A DNA stretch of 64,000 nucleotides from Azolla caroliniana (lineage: Eukaryota > Plantae > Polypodiophyta), in contig JBHGNT010000015.1 of assembly GCA_043228905.1 (NCBI GenBank), positions 16,368,001 through 16,432,000 on the forward strand. Direction: 5' to 3'. Shown in pieces: positions 39,036 to 51,545 of this stretch. Each line of letters starts with the position of its first letter. Position 1 is the stretch's first letter. The translations under genes and the position numbers were made by a program. Below the pieces are notes generated by a model. It saw only the letters and a program-made list of their open reading frames with translations. It was not told the DNA's origin and searched no databases.

Positions 39036-39358
39036 ATATTCACAAGTAGAATAGCAAAAACAAAATATAGCATTACAAGGAGTCACAACCGACTTAATAT
39101 GAAGTATGAGGAGGGTGCTTTATATATAGTCACCCTCTCTCTTCATTAACTAACTACAACAACCACTCTCTCTTGGGGAATGTGAAGACCTATAGGCATG
39201 GGGAATATGTAACTCATTAGTTATGTGTCATAAAATATGATTCTATGACACATAGTTAATGTGTAGAGAGTAGTGGTGTGACTCTTGACCTTTGAGTAAT
39301 CATAGATTCTCAAAAGGTGTGTTCACATGTTGCACTATGTTGAGCTTGATTCTCAACA
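39036..39358 (-). repeat. Partial LTR of the 33201/48016 copia family
   Basis: 39100-39312 matches 48195-48375. It ends tctcaaca, the reverse complement of the TGTTGAGA start of the 33201 LTR. Confidence 0.7.
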
Positions 39359-42300
39359 ATATGTGTGGTTCTCATGTAGGGAATCCATCTCTTCCTGCAT
39401 GGCACTTAACCACTTGCGGTTGTGGGTGTCATTCCTTGCTTCTTCGAAACTTTCCGACTTTCCCTCGTATGTCAGCAACACATGCTCTGCATCCGGAAAT
39501 CTCCGGGGGGCTCTTCTCTCTCGGAGAGGGTATCTTCGTCCTTGATTTCCGACTACCGGTTCCTCCGTTTGCTTCGAATCCAATTCCAATTCCGGATCTT
39601 GTCCGGTTCCAATGTCTTCTTCTTCTTCTTCGGTCGGTTCGGTTTCTTGTCTGAATCTGGCCAGTTCGTCGAGTGTCAAATGGTTACCGGCTAACATCCA
39701 GTTCCCAACCGGGTAAGTCCTTGTATCGTCAAACCAGTTTTCATTGGATGATCCGGAGTCCATCATCTTCTTCTCTGACTCCCAGTCGGCAATGGTCTTC
39801 TCTTCCATAAAGACTATGAGAGGGCTTCTGTCGAGAAATATGCGGAATAATCTCCGGCCACAACCGAAGCGTAGATCACTTGATGACAATCAAACACAGA
39901 AGAAATGGGGATGGAGGTAAGTACACAAACAAAAAGAGAATACACAGGATGTTAAAGTGGAAAGCCCTGAGAGGGAAAAACCACGGGAGTCCATAGACTC
40001 CAAACTATCACTATGTCAAGGAGTACAACAGGGAGCATAGAGGCAACGACCTCTTGCTCACAATCTTCGCCTGGCGGCGGTTACAACAGAGACATGCTCT
40101 GTATCGCTCTCTCTCAGTCTCTCTCTCAGTATAGTCGTTACACCAATTACCCTATACAAAGATAATAACAGCAACTATCATATAAACACTGTTTGCCCTA
40201 GGTCACATTTATACTAATATGACATTAGGACTATTTACAGATATAGCCCCAATGGGCTCTTAGAAACATATCTACATATATGTCCCTTCATCCAGTGAGA
40301 GGTTCTCATCGGTCCTGCAACATCGGTTCTCATTGGGTCTTCCTTGTCAGGTACTCGTCATCCGGTTCTCATCGGATTTGCATCATCCGGTTCTCACCGG
40401 GTCTTCCTTGCCGGGTACTGGTCATCCGGTTCTCATCGAGTTTGCATCATCCGGTTCAGGGTACTCCACATCCGGTTCTCACCGGGTCTTCCGTTGCCGA
40501 GTACTCCACATCCGGTTCTCACCGAGTCTTCTGATGTCGGGCCTTCGTATCCCATCCGAAGGGATCGAGATCCTAACAGCTTCGGAACACCTTCTTGTCA
40601 ACCAAGTCCCACACTCGGTAGCCAAACTCATCATTGCCATATCCAAGGAATATGCATGGCCTGGACTTCGGATCCAACTTTGCTCTCTTGTCCTTCGTGA
40701 CATGCATGTAAGCGAGACACCTGAACACCTTTAGATGCCAGTAGGACATGTCCTTACCGATTCATACTCTCTGTAGTGTGTCTCCTTCCAAGGGTGCTGA
40801 GGTTGATCTGTTAATCACGTACGTCGTCGTCATCAGTGACTCAGCCCAAAACGTCTTGGGTAACTTTGCATGTGTTAGCATGCTTTGGACTCTCTCCATT
40901 ATGGTTCGGTTCATCCGTTCAGCCAGCCCGTTCAATTCCGACATCTTCGGCATGGTGAATTCGAGCCGGATTCCCTTCGACTGGCAGTACTCCTCCAACT
41001 GCCCCCCATATTCACCTATGTTATCTACTCGCACCGCCTTTAGCTTCCGGCCGGTTTCCCTTTCCACTTTCGCGTGGAGCTCCTTGAAGGTGGACAACAC
41101 CAGATCCTTTGTCTTCAACGGTGAGACCCACAACTTCCGATTGTGGTCGTCTATGAACGTCACGAAGTACTGTGATCTGGCATGTGACTTCGTGTCCACT
41201 TGACACACATCGGTATGCACCAGCTCCAGTGGTGCATTCCATCTCATCGGTGGTCTTGACCGAAAGCAGGTTCGGTTTTGCTTGCCGGCCAAGCAGTCGG
41301 TGCATTTCTCAATTGCACGTCCTTTGTCGGAATGAGATTGTCCTCGGCAAGTCTCTTCATCCCCTTCCGACTCATGTGACACAACCTCTTGTGCCACAAC
41401 TCACCAGAAGTGTTGAATGCTACGTTCACTTCTTCCCGGCATATCTAGGCATGCATTAGATATAGTGTGTTGATCTTTCAAGCTCGAGCCATGATCAGGC
41501 TTCCTTTGCTTAATTTCCTGACTCCGTTCTGGATACTACCCATGTAGCCTTCATCATCTAGATGACCGGCTGATATCAAGTTCAACCGAACCTCTGCAAC
41601 GTGCCGAACATCCTTCAGTAGCAACTTGCTCCCGGTTGATGTCGTCAAACACACATCTCCTATGCCGACAATTCGACATGACCCTTCATTCCCCATCCAG
41701 ACACAACCGTGATCTCCGGTTGTATAGGATGAGAAGCATTTCCGATCCGGTGTCAGGTGGAACGATGCTCTGGAATCGACAACCCATGTTGTCTCGTCGC
41801 CAACAAGGTTTAACTCATTCTCCTCGGTGATGAGCAATAGTTCTTCTTCACTTGTCACGATCGCCAACGTTCCTTTCTGATATGAACCTCTCCAGTCCGA
41901 ACCATTTCAGTCCGAACTCTTCTTCGAATCGGTGGTTTCAGTCCCTTTCTCTTTCCGGAAATGCCGACAGTTCTTCTGGAAGTGCCCCGGCTTCCCACAG
42001 TAGAAGCACGTGGACCTCCCCCTTGACTTCGACCTCGTCCCCGATTTGTCTCAATTTTGGGGACTCCGATTTCAACCTCTTCCCCGGTTACGGTCATCTT
42101 CCGTAACCAAGGCCTTCGGGTCGGTTCTGGATTCTTGATCCTTCCGGCGAGCTTCTTCATCTAGCAAGTTTGATTTTACCCATGCTAGGGATAACTGCTT
42201 TCCTTCCGGTCCGGCGTTGCCCAAAGCGACAACTAGCGTCTCCCAACTATTCAAGAGGGAACCGAGCAAGAGCAATACAAGTACCTCGTCAGCCAGAGGT

Positions 42301-43287
42301 ACTTCAAGCAAAGTTGTTTGATTTATGAGCCCCTGGAATGCATTCATGTGCTCCGCCATGCTGGATCCGTCCTGGTACTGGAGTCTCACTAACTTCCAGA
42401 ATACCGAAACCCGATTTACGACGTTTTTGAGCTCCAGCATGGTGCTGATTTTCTCCCAAAGCACATGAGCCTTACTTTCTTCATTGAAGTTGTTGTATAG
42501 GCTCATGTCGATAAAGCATCGTATGTATGTTGTCGTCTTCATGTGCATCACCTCCCATGTCGTGGCATCGATCTTGTCCGGTTTCTTGTCGCCGAACTAT
42601 ACCGGCAGCCAGAGATCTTTGACCATGAGCATGTCCCTCATCTTCGACTTCCACACTGGGTAGTTGGAGCCAGTGAGCTTGAACATGCTTCCGAATTACT
42701 CTTCCCTTTTGTTGTTTGCTCTTATACCAATTTGCGGAATAGCACTCAGCCACAACCGAGACTCAAACACTTTATGAAAGAACAAGAACAAAAGTGGAGG
42801 TTCATACACTTACACGAAAGAGACGACACATGATGTTTGCGTGGAAAACCTTAACAAGGAAAAAACCATGGGAGCCCACAAGCTCCAACTATCACTATAT
42901 GAGAAAGAGGTACAACAAAAGACTCAGAGGCAATGACCTCGAGCTCTATGTCTTCGCCAACCGGCGATTACAATAGAAACTAGTTTTGTATCTCTATCTC
43001 TCCTTCTCACACTTTGTGTACAACAATGATACAACAACAACATTAACCAACTCTCTATCAAGTGATTTGCCCTAAGTCATATTTATGCTTATATGACTTT
43101 TGGGCTATTTACAAATATAGCCTCAATAGGCTCATCATGAAATATATTTACACATATATCCTTGGATCCGGTTCGCACTAGATCCATCCAGTTTCCGGGT
43201 CTCATTCGGATCCCTTCATCCGGTTCGTCCGAACCAGCTCCTCCGGTTCTCATCTGAATCCCATCCGGAGAAACCGAATTCCTAACA
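39359..43287 (-). mobile_element. Decayed copia element (5' LTR 42733-43287, PBS ~42718-42729, gag to start of RT), same family as 37190-39035
   Basis: Gag (42072-42690), CFYCGKPGH zinc knuckle (~41980-42010), WVVDSRASFHL, integrase 40762-41397 and WLSAMQEEMDSLHEN at ~39360-39410. Confidence 0.9.
39829..40578 (-). mobile_element. Solo LTR with GCTTC target-site duplication nested in a related copia element
   Basis: TG...CA ends, GCTTC at 39824-39828 and 40579-40583. The host frame KKVFRS|PLIVFMEEK rejoins. Homologous to LTRs 38532-39035 and 42733-43287. Confidence 0.9.
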
Positions 43288-43599
43288 TGTGATTGTGTAT
43301 CGGGGATGACTGGTGAGGGGTGCGATTCCAGGGTTTCTGGTGATGAGTGTTGAGTGCTAACGGAGTCAGCGATATCCTCAGTTGGCTCGGCGTGGTGGTA
43401 GGATTGTTGGGCTTCGTAATGGCGGTTGGCCCTTGGGGGTCTCCACCGACGTTTGTTCGCTATGATGCACAACATGAACCGGGCGTGCCAAACTGTGTTG
43501 TCTCCTTCGTGGAAGCAACACCTTCGATTACTCCTATGGTAATCGGATCAGGGGACTGTGGTATGTGGCAGAGGTCAAGGTGAGGGAGGGATTGCACAA

Positions 43600-44392
43600 C
43601 AATCCGATTCGTACCCAGAACAATTGGTTAGTCGTAAAAAACCGATTGTAATTTGAGAAGTTATTATTTAGAAATGCACTTAAGACACAAACCAGATTTG
43701 ACCCAAAACTAGATGTTTATTACGTGATACGGAATAGTGATTACACGATGTCGAGGAAATCCTCATGTGAAGCGGGACCACCGGGGTCCTGAACCGGAAG
43801 GATTCAAATTTTGTACTAGCGTAATCGAGAAAGTATTTAAGATAGATAAAGAGAGAGATTGAGAGACGGAGATTCTAATTCAGTGACAGATTGAGAGCGA
43901 GATTTTGAACCCTTGACTTCAATTTTTGAGGGACAAGATATATCACCAAAAGGATAACTAGATTATTATTATTATTATTTCTTGATTCGGTACATAGCTT
44001 GCTTGATCAACTCCTTGATTCCCCTTTCTTTTTCCTCCACTCTTTTATAGATGCCCCCATGCATATGAAGCATGTGAGGGTGCAAGACATGCATACAATG
44101 CATGTGATGCATGTTTGCCATTTGGCGCTCATGCATTACATGTGATGCATGATAACCATGTCACTCATTCAAGCTCTCATGTATGAGAATTTACATATGA
44201 AAAAGTATAATGATGAAAATACAACTTTTAAAGAAATGACTTGGCTTTATGGTAAGTCAACTGTGTTATGTAAGGTTGTCCCTCCTTGTGGGGGGAGTCG
44301 ATCGAAAAGCCAAATGAGAGTCGGTTGGCCGAATTCGACTGAAAAGTCGAAATAGAAATCAATCAAATAGTAGTCGCCCAAACAGAAGCTCA

Positions 44393-44423
<31 letters not shown>

Positions 44424-47190
44424 GTGAGATAAGTAAGTCTTTATATAGAGAGAGTCATATTAGCTGCATATATATGTGGGATAACTCACTGAAAAGAAAA
44501 CAGTGAGAAAAGCACGAAAGTGAACCCTTCTCGGTTTTCTTCTTTCCACGTGATTTTCACACTGTTTTCGAAAATCTTCACGACAACGACGCACGACCGA
44601 AAATTGCAACAGAAAGTATGAGTAGATATTCTACGTTCCTGAGTACTCTATTCTAACTAGGGCCTACTCTTCTCTCTTCTATCCTCCCCCCTTGTTGCGT
44701 TTCTTCTTCATGTTTTTATAGTTTGCTTTCCCACTTGGCATGCATCACTCTTTACTCGTTTTGGTTCCCTGTTTCACAGCTGCATTATCTTCGCTACCTT
44801 CTCTGTTATGGTTTACTTACTTCACCTACATCCAGATTCACCTACACAAATTACCAATCTGTCCCACGCACAACATCCTTGAGCGCAAAATTCCGATGAC
44901 ATCATGTTAATCTCTGATCCATGATCGATCAAAGCAATACACGGGATTTGTTGCTCCCCAATTTTTGCAGGCGCCTCCGTTGTTGCTCGAGCCCAATGGT
45001 CCCTTGTATAGTGACTTCTATCCCCTTCATGAACCCCAACATCATTTCTGTTTTTTACAATTGCAACATTGATGGTGCCACCATACAAATCTTGGAGTGT
45101 TGTTGCACACCCTCCCATAATTTCCTCCATCACCTGTCTCTTTCTTCTAATAATATCTATAATAACATCATGGAATTCTTTCTTTGCTACACCCAACACT
45201 TCTCTTAAAGTAAACTCTACCTTATTATTTAATATTCTTGTTTCTAGTACCTGTTTTATATCCGTCATTGCTTCTATGTCCGAAGCAAGCTTGAAAGATG
45301 GACCTGACTTCCTTTTTACTTTATCAGCTTCCTTCGACTCAAGAGCACCCTTTTTCATCTCTCTTATCTTTTGCTCTCGTGTCTCATGTTTCTTTGCCAG
45401 ATCAGCCTCCTCAGCTCTCATTCGCTTCTCTTCCACTAGTACCTCTTGTGCGTTCACTTGGGTGAATGCTGATAGCGCATCTATTGGATCATTCCATCCA
45501 ATGAAGTTTCATATTTCATCTCCTAGGTTTTTTAATTCATCCACTCGAACCTTCCCTTTTCTTGCATAATCCATCACATCTTGCCAAAAGCCAGATCCAC
45601 CATATGAGTCCTCTACACACAACCCTAACGTTGCCAGGGATTGTATCGCTTGAGTTGTTTCTCTCTCAGCATCTTCCATTAGCTTTTTCATTCCACCTCG
45701 CCCGAAGTTGAGTTGAAGTGGTTGTCGAGTCTTCGTTGAGTGAATCTTACCATCTTGATAATAGCTTTTATCATGATTAAGAGCATCCCTATGTTCTTGA
45801 CAATCTTTCTTCCAATGGTCGATACTATCACACCACATACACCTTCAGACCATGCCACCCCCTTGCCTTGACGAAGTTGAAATTTGTCCCGATTCCAACT
45901 TCATCACTTTGATCGACAATTCTTTCATGCCTTTCACCAACTCATGCAAGAAATGGGTGCACGCCCTTTTTACTACTTTGACTATTCTGATCTTCTAGAA
46001 GCATTCCCAAGTCCTTCCTGTCTTTAATATTAGTGGCTTGTAGAAACAATATTATTTTATCTAGCATTATTATATTTCTATCCCTAACATTTAATTACTC
46101 AAATCTTTCTGAAAATTCTTTTAACACTTCCAAAACTCTTAAATGTTTATCAGACTCTACCCAATCCTTGACATATTGTTGAGGTTGTATTCGTTCAATA
46201 ATGCTCTTTCGAAAGTCGCCCATGTTTGATGCTCTCTCTGTAGCTCCTAGATCCTTTCTTGTAGCCCAATCGCAACGACTCGACTAAAGCTATTAATTTT
46301 TGCAGCTTCGTCGACACCTCATTTAAGCATTTTCTCATTGAAAATCTTCAGAAATCTTGTTAAATTCATACCTTTGAAGATCCCTACTCATGCGAGAATA
46401 TTGTCGACGGCTTTGTCAATGCTTGCCATCATCCCTTGCTGCCGCATCATTTGTTCCATCATCGTGCACATAAGCCTCATTTGCTCCTCCATTTTTCCTT
46501 ATCACCACCTTCACGTCGGGTTCACCAAATATGTTAGGGTAGTTGTGGTTCGTGCGGTGAAGTCGCAGGGACTAAGGTTAAAGAGAGTTAGCTAAATTTA
46601 TATAAGGCTTATGCGTTGATGTGAGAAAGATTAAGAAGAATAAGAAGAAGAGTTGAAAGTAATATGTGTGAGAGAGATGAGCATAGATAAGAGACAGAGA
46701 CAATGTATGATTTCAGAAGATAAAGTATATGATATGAACATGATTTATATTAAGAATACAAGATGTTACCAACTTTACAATGCTTGATCTCAAGGTGAAC
46801 CTTTTCTCTTCCAAATTCCGGCTTGAGCCCTCGACTTAAGTGTTGAGAGATAATAAACTTCCCAAATGAGCTAGCTTGTTTGTTTGGTTATATTATTTTC
46901 TAACTTTCTCTTCCTGCCCCTATTTATATAAGTATTGTCATGCATATGGTAATGTGTGTGAGCATGACATGCATGTAATGCATGAATTTCATGTGATGCA
47001 TGATCACCATCAGCATGATGGCTATCATGCATCACATGTAATGCATGATAGCCATCATGCTAATTTGAGCTCCCATGTATGAAAATAGATATGGGATAAG
47101 TATAATGATGGGAATTTTTCTCTAAGATAAATAACCTACCTTAGTGGTATTACTTTGTGCTTGGTTTATAAGGTTGTGGATTCAAGTGTT
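43600..47190 (-). mobile_element. Decayed Ty3/gypsy-like element(s) with tRNA-Trp PBS (46510-46527), gag, zinc knuckle and protease
   Basis: TTCACGTCGGGTTCACCA next to an LTR starting at 46532. CMWCDSIDHWKKDC (45800-45841) and protease ALIDHGSEINMM (~44900-44935). 44050-44280 and 46935-47180 are related CATG-rich LTR segments. TGTCGTGAAGATTT on the minus strand at 44585 matches the LTR start at 34903. RT and integrase absent. Confidence 0.8.
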
Positions 47191-47249
47191 TGAAATATTA
47201 ATGAATACAATATTTACATTTATTTTTATATCGTGAAGCAAATCCTTCA

Positions 47250-48377
47250 TGACAGCATCCTCTTCCTCCATTCGAATGTGTGTAGAGCATGTGGCCTTCC
47301 GAGGCGTTGTTCCTTGTTCGAACATGGTTTTCTTCAACCAACAACATGGATTGAAGATCGAAGAAAGAGGGAGGATTCTCCCTTGCTAGTATGGCGGTCC
47401 TCATCGCGCTGAACCATGGTGCAAGGCCACCGAGGCATATTTGCACCATCTCAGCATCCTCCACATTGATGCTTATTGAGCCGAGTGAATCACAAAGCTC
47501 CTTGATCTTCAAGGTGTAGCTTGTGATGGACATGTCTCTTTGTTGAATATTGTTCAACTCTTGGCAGAGTTGAAGCTTTCGTGCCATCGTATTGACGGCG
47601 AATATCTTCTTGAGATTCTCCCAAGCTTCCTTCGGCATCTTGGGCACATGTCGCCAAGCAATACATTACTCGACTTGCTGCTTGCTCCCATGTTGAGTAG
47701 TAGGCGTCCTTTGGGTCAAGTCAATTTTCTTGTGCTCCTTTGATGTAGCTCCAATAACCTTGACCAAAAAGGTATTATTGCATCTTATACTCCCAAGATG
47801 CGAAGTTGTTTCGGTCCAACTTCTCACTAGGGAGAACTCTCCCCATTTGAGTTTTCATGGTGTTCGATGTAGATTTTTTCCTTCTTCTTTTCTCTTTCAA
47901 ACATGAGCTATGTAGTTGCACTACGATAGCAATGAATCGGTTCTTCTTGAATGTCAGCGTAGAGCACAACACACACAGATGGGTTAGATTGAACTACCAA
48001 ACCGCTCGAATATCATGTAAAGAATTATGGTATGATTCTTTGTAGCTGAATAGGTTAGAGATGTGTGTTGTGTGTGTGTGTGTGTGTGTGTGTTTGTTTG
48101 AGAAGAGGAGAGGAGAGAGAGACACGAGATAGATAGAAAATAGAAATACTCAAGAAGATTGTATATTACAAAGGAGATTAGCGAACATATTACAAAGTAT
48201 GAGGAGGATGCTTTATATAGTCACCCTCTCTCTTCATTAACTACCGAAGCTCATCGGTCATGGGGAACGTGGAAACTCATTAGTTATGTGTCATAGAATA
48301 TGATTCTATGACACTAGTTAATGTGTAGAGAGTAGTGGTGTGACTTTTGACATTTGAGTGTTCATACACTCTCAATA
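47250..48377 (-). mobile_element. Copia 5' fragment (LTR 48016-48377, degenerate PBS 48004-48015, gag)
   Basis: EKLDRNNFASWEYKM and KEAWENLKKIFAVNTMARKLQL..LCDSLGSI. Same gag family as 1-330. Confidence 0.85.
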
Positions 48378-48384
48378 TAGATTA

Positions 48385-48695
48385 GATTTGTAATCTAGGT
48401 TCACGGGGGAGATAACCCCAAGTACTTGTATACATAGGAAGAATAACCCTTTTATGGGGGAGTTCGTTGGCATAAAAGGCGACTCCTTCCACTTTGTATC
48501 CTAAGTGTGAACACATCTTTAAGTTAGGGCTTTTGTATATATATGCCTATCTATAATATTTTAGAGAGAGAAAGAAAGAAAGAAAGAGAGTTATATTAAC
48601 GTCTTCTAAGGCCAAATTTGGCCCATGAGACAAATGGTTTACAAAAAAATGGGATATTTACCCATTCATCGAAAGTAAAAATAAAAATAAGATAA

Positions 48696-48753
<58 letters not shown>

Positions 48754-49865
48754 ACAGAAGAGAAATAACAAAGCCTCCATTAGAGCTTAATCATGTCTAT
48801 CTTACCTTCCATCTCCTTGCATATTCTATCTATGTTGCTTGCTATACACATCATTTTGCAGGTTCTTACACATCAGTCTGCACATCAGATACAATAGTCC
48901 AGCAACAACAAACAAAAAAAAGTTGAAGAAAAGAAGCCAACCAGCTGAAAGACAAAGACTAAGCCAACATCATCTACTTCCAAAAAAATGATGACATAGT
49001 CTGACACTAGTGTGGAAATCCGGAAGTTTGACAGAAACAACTTTGCCTTGTAGATGGAAAAGATGCAAGATGTGCTGATAATCCGGCGACAAATAGAAGC
49101 CATACGACATAGTGCTCGACCTACTTCAATGTCAGCCAAAGAGTGGAGATCCCTAAACGAAATCTCTAGATCCACCATTAGAATACAACTGGCAGAAAAT
49201 GTCTATTTCAGCATGGTGAAGGAAACATTGACATTCTCTTTGTGGGAGAAACTTTAGGCCGTGTATGAGAAAAAATCCTTCTCATCGAAGCTCATATTGA
49301 TTCGACAACTATTCAATATGAAGATGAGAGAGACAGATTTGGTGACCTCCCACATCAACACCTTTAGCCGGGTGTTGTCCGAGTCAATCTGAACCAATTG
49401 ACTTGTCTGACTTAATAAACAAGCCGACCCAGACGACATATGATCCGGATGACAAGCCGAATTAGGCTAAATCCCGACTTTACCTCTACAGATTCAGTCG
49501 AATGCCAATTGACTTGTATGTATACAATTGTAACAATAGATTAAAATTGTAATGTAGGTTCACGGGGGAGATAACCCCAATTTTTTGTATACATAGGAAG
49601 AGTGGCCCTTTTACGAAGGAGTTTGTTGGCATAAAAGGCCGACTCCTTCCACTTTGTATCCTTGGTGTGAACACATTCTCCGATTAGGGCTTGAGTATAT
49701 AAGCTCCACTGAGAGGTTGTAAAGAGATAGAGAGAGTTTTCAATAAAGAAATAAGAGTATCCATTAGAGCTCAACTTGTACATCTTGCTTGAATCTTCAT
49801 ATCCAGTTTATCTGTGTTGTTTGTTGTACACGCTCTACAAGTCCTCATGATCCGCGACACCAACA
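48385..49865 (+). mobile_element. Small decayed copia derivative: two related LTR segments flanking a gag remnant
   Basis: 48388-48545 repeats at 49547-49700 (taggttcacgggggagataacccc...gactccttccactttgtatcct). Gag IRKFDRNNFAL*MEKMQDVL...LAENVYFSM at 49000-49385 is similar to the intact element's gag. Confidence 0.75.
48571..48700 (-). mobile_element. Third short 3'-end copy of the CTTT-tailed LINE, inserted in a (GA)n tract
   Basis: Reverse complement matches 29240-29359 (tttgtctcatgggccaaatttggccttagaagacgttaatata..ctttcttt). Confidence 0.85.
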
Positions 49866-50804
49866 TATCTCCATATTTAATAGTCATATGTTTAAATTTT
49901 TTGAAAAATGACAGGCATTAGGGTTTTGGTTGACTATAATTATAAGTCAAGCTCCCTCAATTAGTTGGGCTCTTGTGATTCGGCCTCCCTTACTTAGTTG
50001 GACATCCATTATGGGGTGGGCTTCTGCATTTGAGTTGGGTGATTGTAGAGTGTGAAGTTAGACTCCTGCCTTTGACTCGGGTGACTGCAGTGTGTGAAGT
50101 CCAGCTCCTGCCTTTGAGTTGGACAATTGAGATTTGAATTGTTGGGCTCCATGGGTTCCCATATGTACAATTTTTTTGATGGTGCACTTTTTGTCGATAA
50201 AGATATGATGGTGTTGATCGCACGCATCCTCGGAAACGCGCTTTGCAGCGTCTGTGGTTGTGATTCCCTTGTTAGGAAGGTCTCTTTATGATTTGCGTGC
50301 AAATACACACGCCGTGTATGCATACATACATACATACCTATAATACACACACACACACACATACAAACAAACATATACATACACACATACAAACAAACAT
50401 ATACATACACACATACAAACAAATATAATACATCACCAGCTGTATATCACATGTGAATATACTGAGTAGTATGACTGTATATCACATCTAGAAGGCTTGA
50501 TGCTCTCTCATATTCATCAACTTAAAACATCACCAACTGAATTGGTTTCAAATATTTAATTAGACATAGTTCATACTTTGAAGGGTCAATGTGATGGTAT
50601 AGTTGGAGATTCTGATGCTAAAATTGCTCAACGGCATGAGCTTCTTATCGTCTAAACAACTACTTCATTCATGACATCCAGTTGCGACACTCCTTATTGG
50701 CATATTCAACCTCCGAAATGGTTGTTTCCCTCGCCAATCACATAGAGTTTAAAATCTTGTAAAATGTTTACACTAATGACAGGATATCTTCTTTTAAAAA
50801 AACA

Positions 50805-51150
50805 CAAACATAATAGATACATACATACAAACATACAAACATATACATACATACATACATACAAACAAACATAATACATACATACATATACATACACACA
50901 CACATACATATACATACACACACACACACATACATACATACACATACATACACACACACACACACATACATATACAAACATACATACATACATACAAACA
51001 TAATACATATACATACATACATACAAACATACAAACATATACATACATACATACATACATACAAACAAACATAATACATACATATACATACACACATGCA
51101 CACATACATACATGCACACACACACATACATATACATACATGCACACAAC

Positions 51151-51181
<31 letters not shown>

Positions 51182-51270
51182 CATACACATGCACACACAT
51201 ACATACATATACATACATGCACACAACACATACATACATACATACATACATACATACATACATACATACA

Positions 51271-51302
<32 letters not shown>

Positions 51303-51352
51303 CATACGTACATACATACATATACATACATATATACATATACATACATACA
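50805..51352. repeat. Compound (TACA)n/(CA)n microsatellite upstream of TIC56 (smaller block at 50320-50423)
   Basis: About 550 bp of almost exclusively TACA/CA/CAAA units. Confidence 0.95.
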
Positions 51353-51545
51353 AAGGAAAGGAAAGAGCAAAGAAGGTTTTGGAATTGGATTGGGTTTTGG
51401 GGGCAGGGGCAGGATAGAGATAGATAGATTAGATAGATAGAGAAAGGCAGGGGGAACAGAGGAGGAAGGAGGAGGAGAAGGAACAGAGGAAACAGAGGAA
51501 ACAGAGGAGGAGGAGGAGGAACAGAGAGAGAGAGAGAGAGAGAGG

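Noticed and set aside
40288-40530. Repeat-spacer pattern resembling a CRISPR array
   Set aside because: The intervening segments are themselves repeated, the array is inside an LTR, there are no cas genes, and the context is eukaryotic.
46510-46527. tRNA-Trp-like sequence ending in CCA
   Set aside because: Only the 3' 18 nt are present, next to an LTR. It is a primer-binding site, not a tRNA gene.
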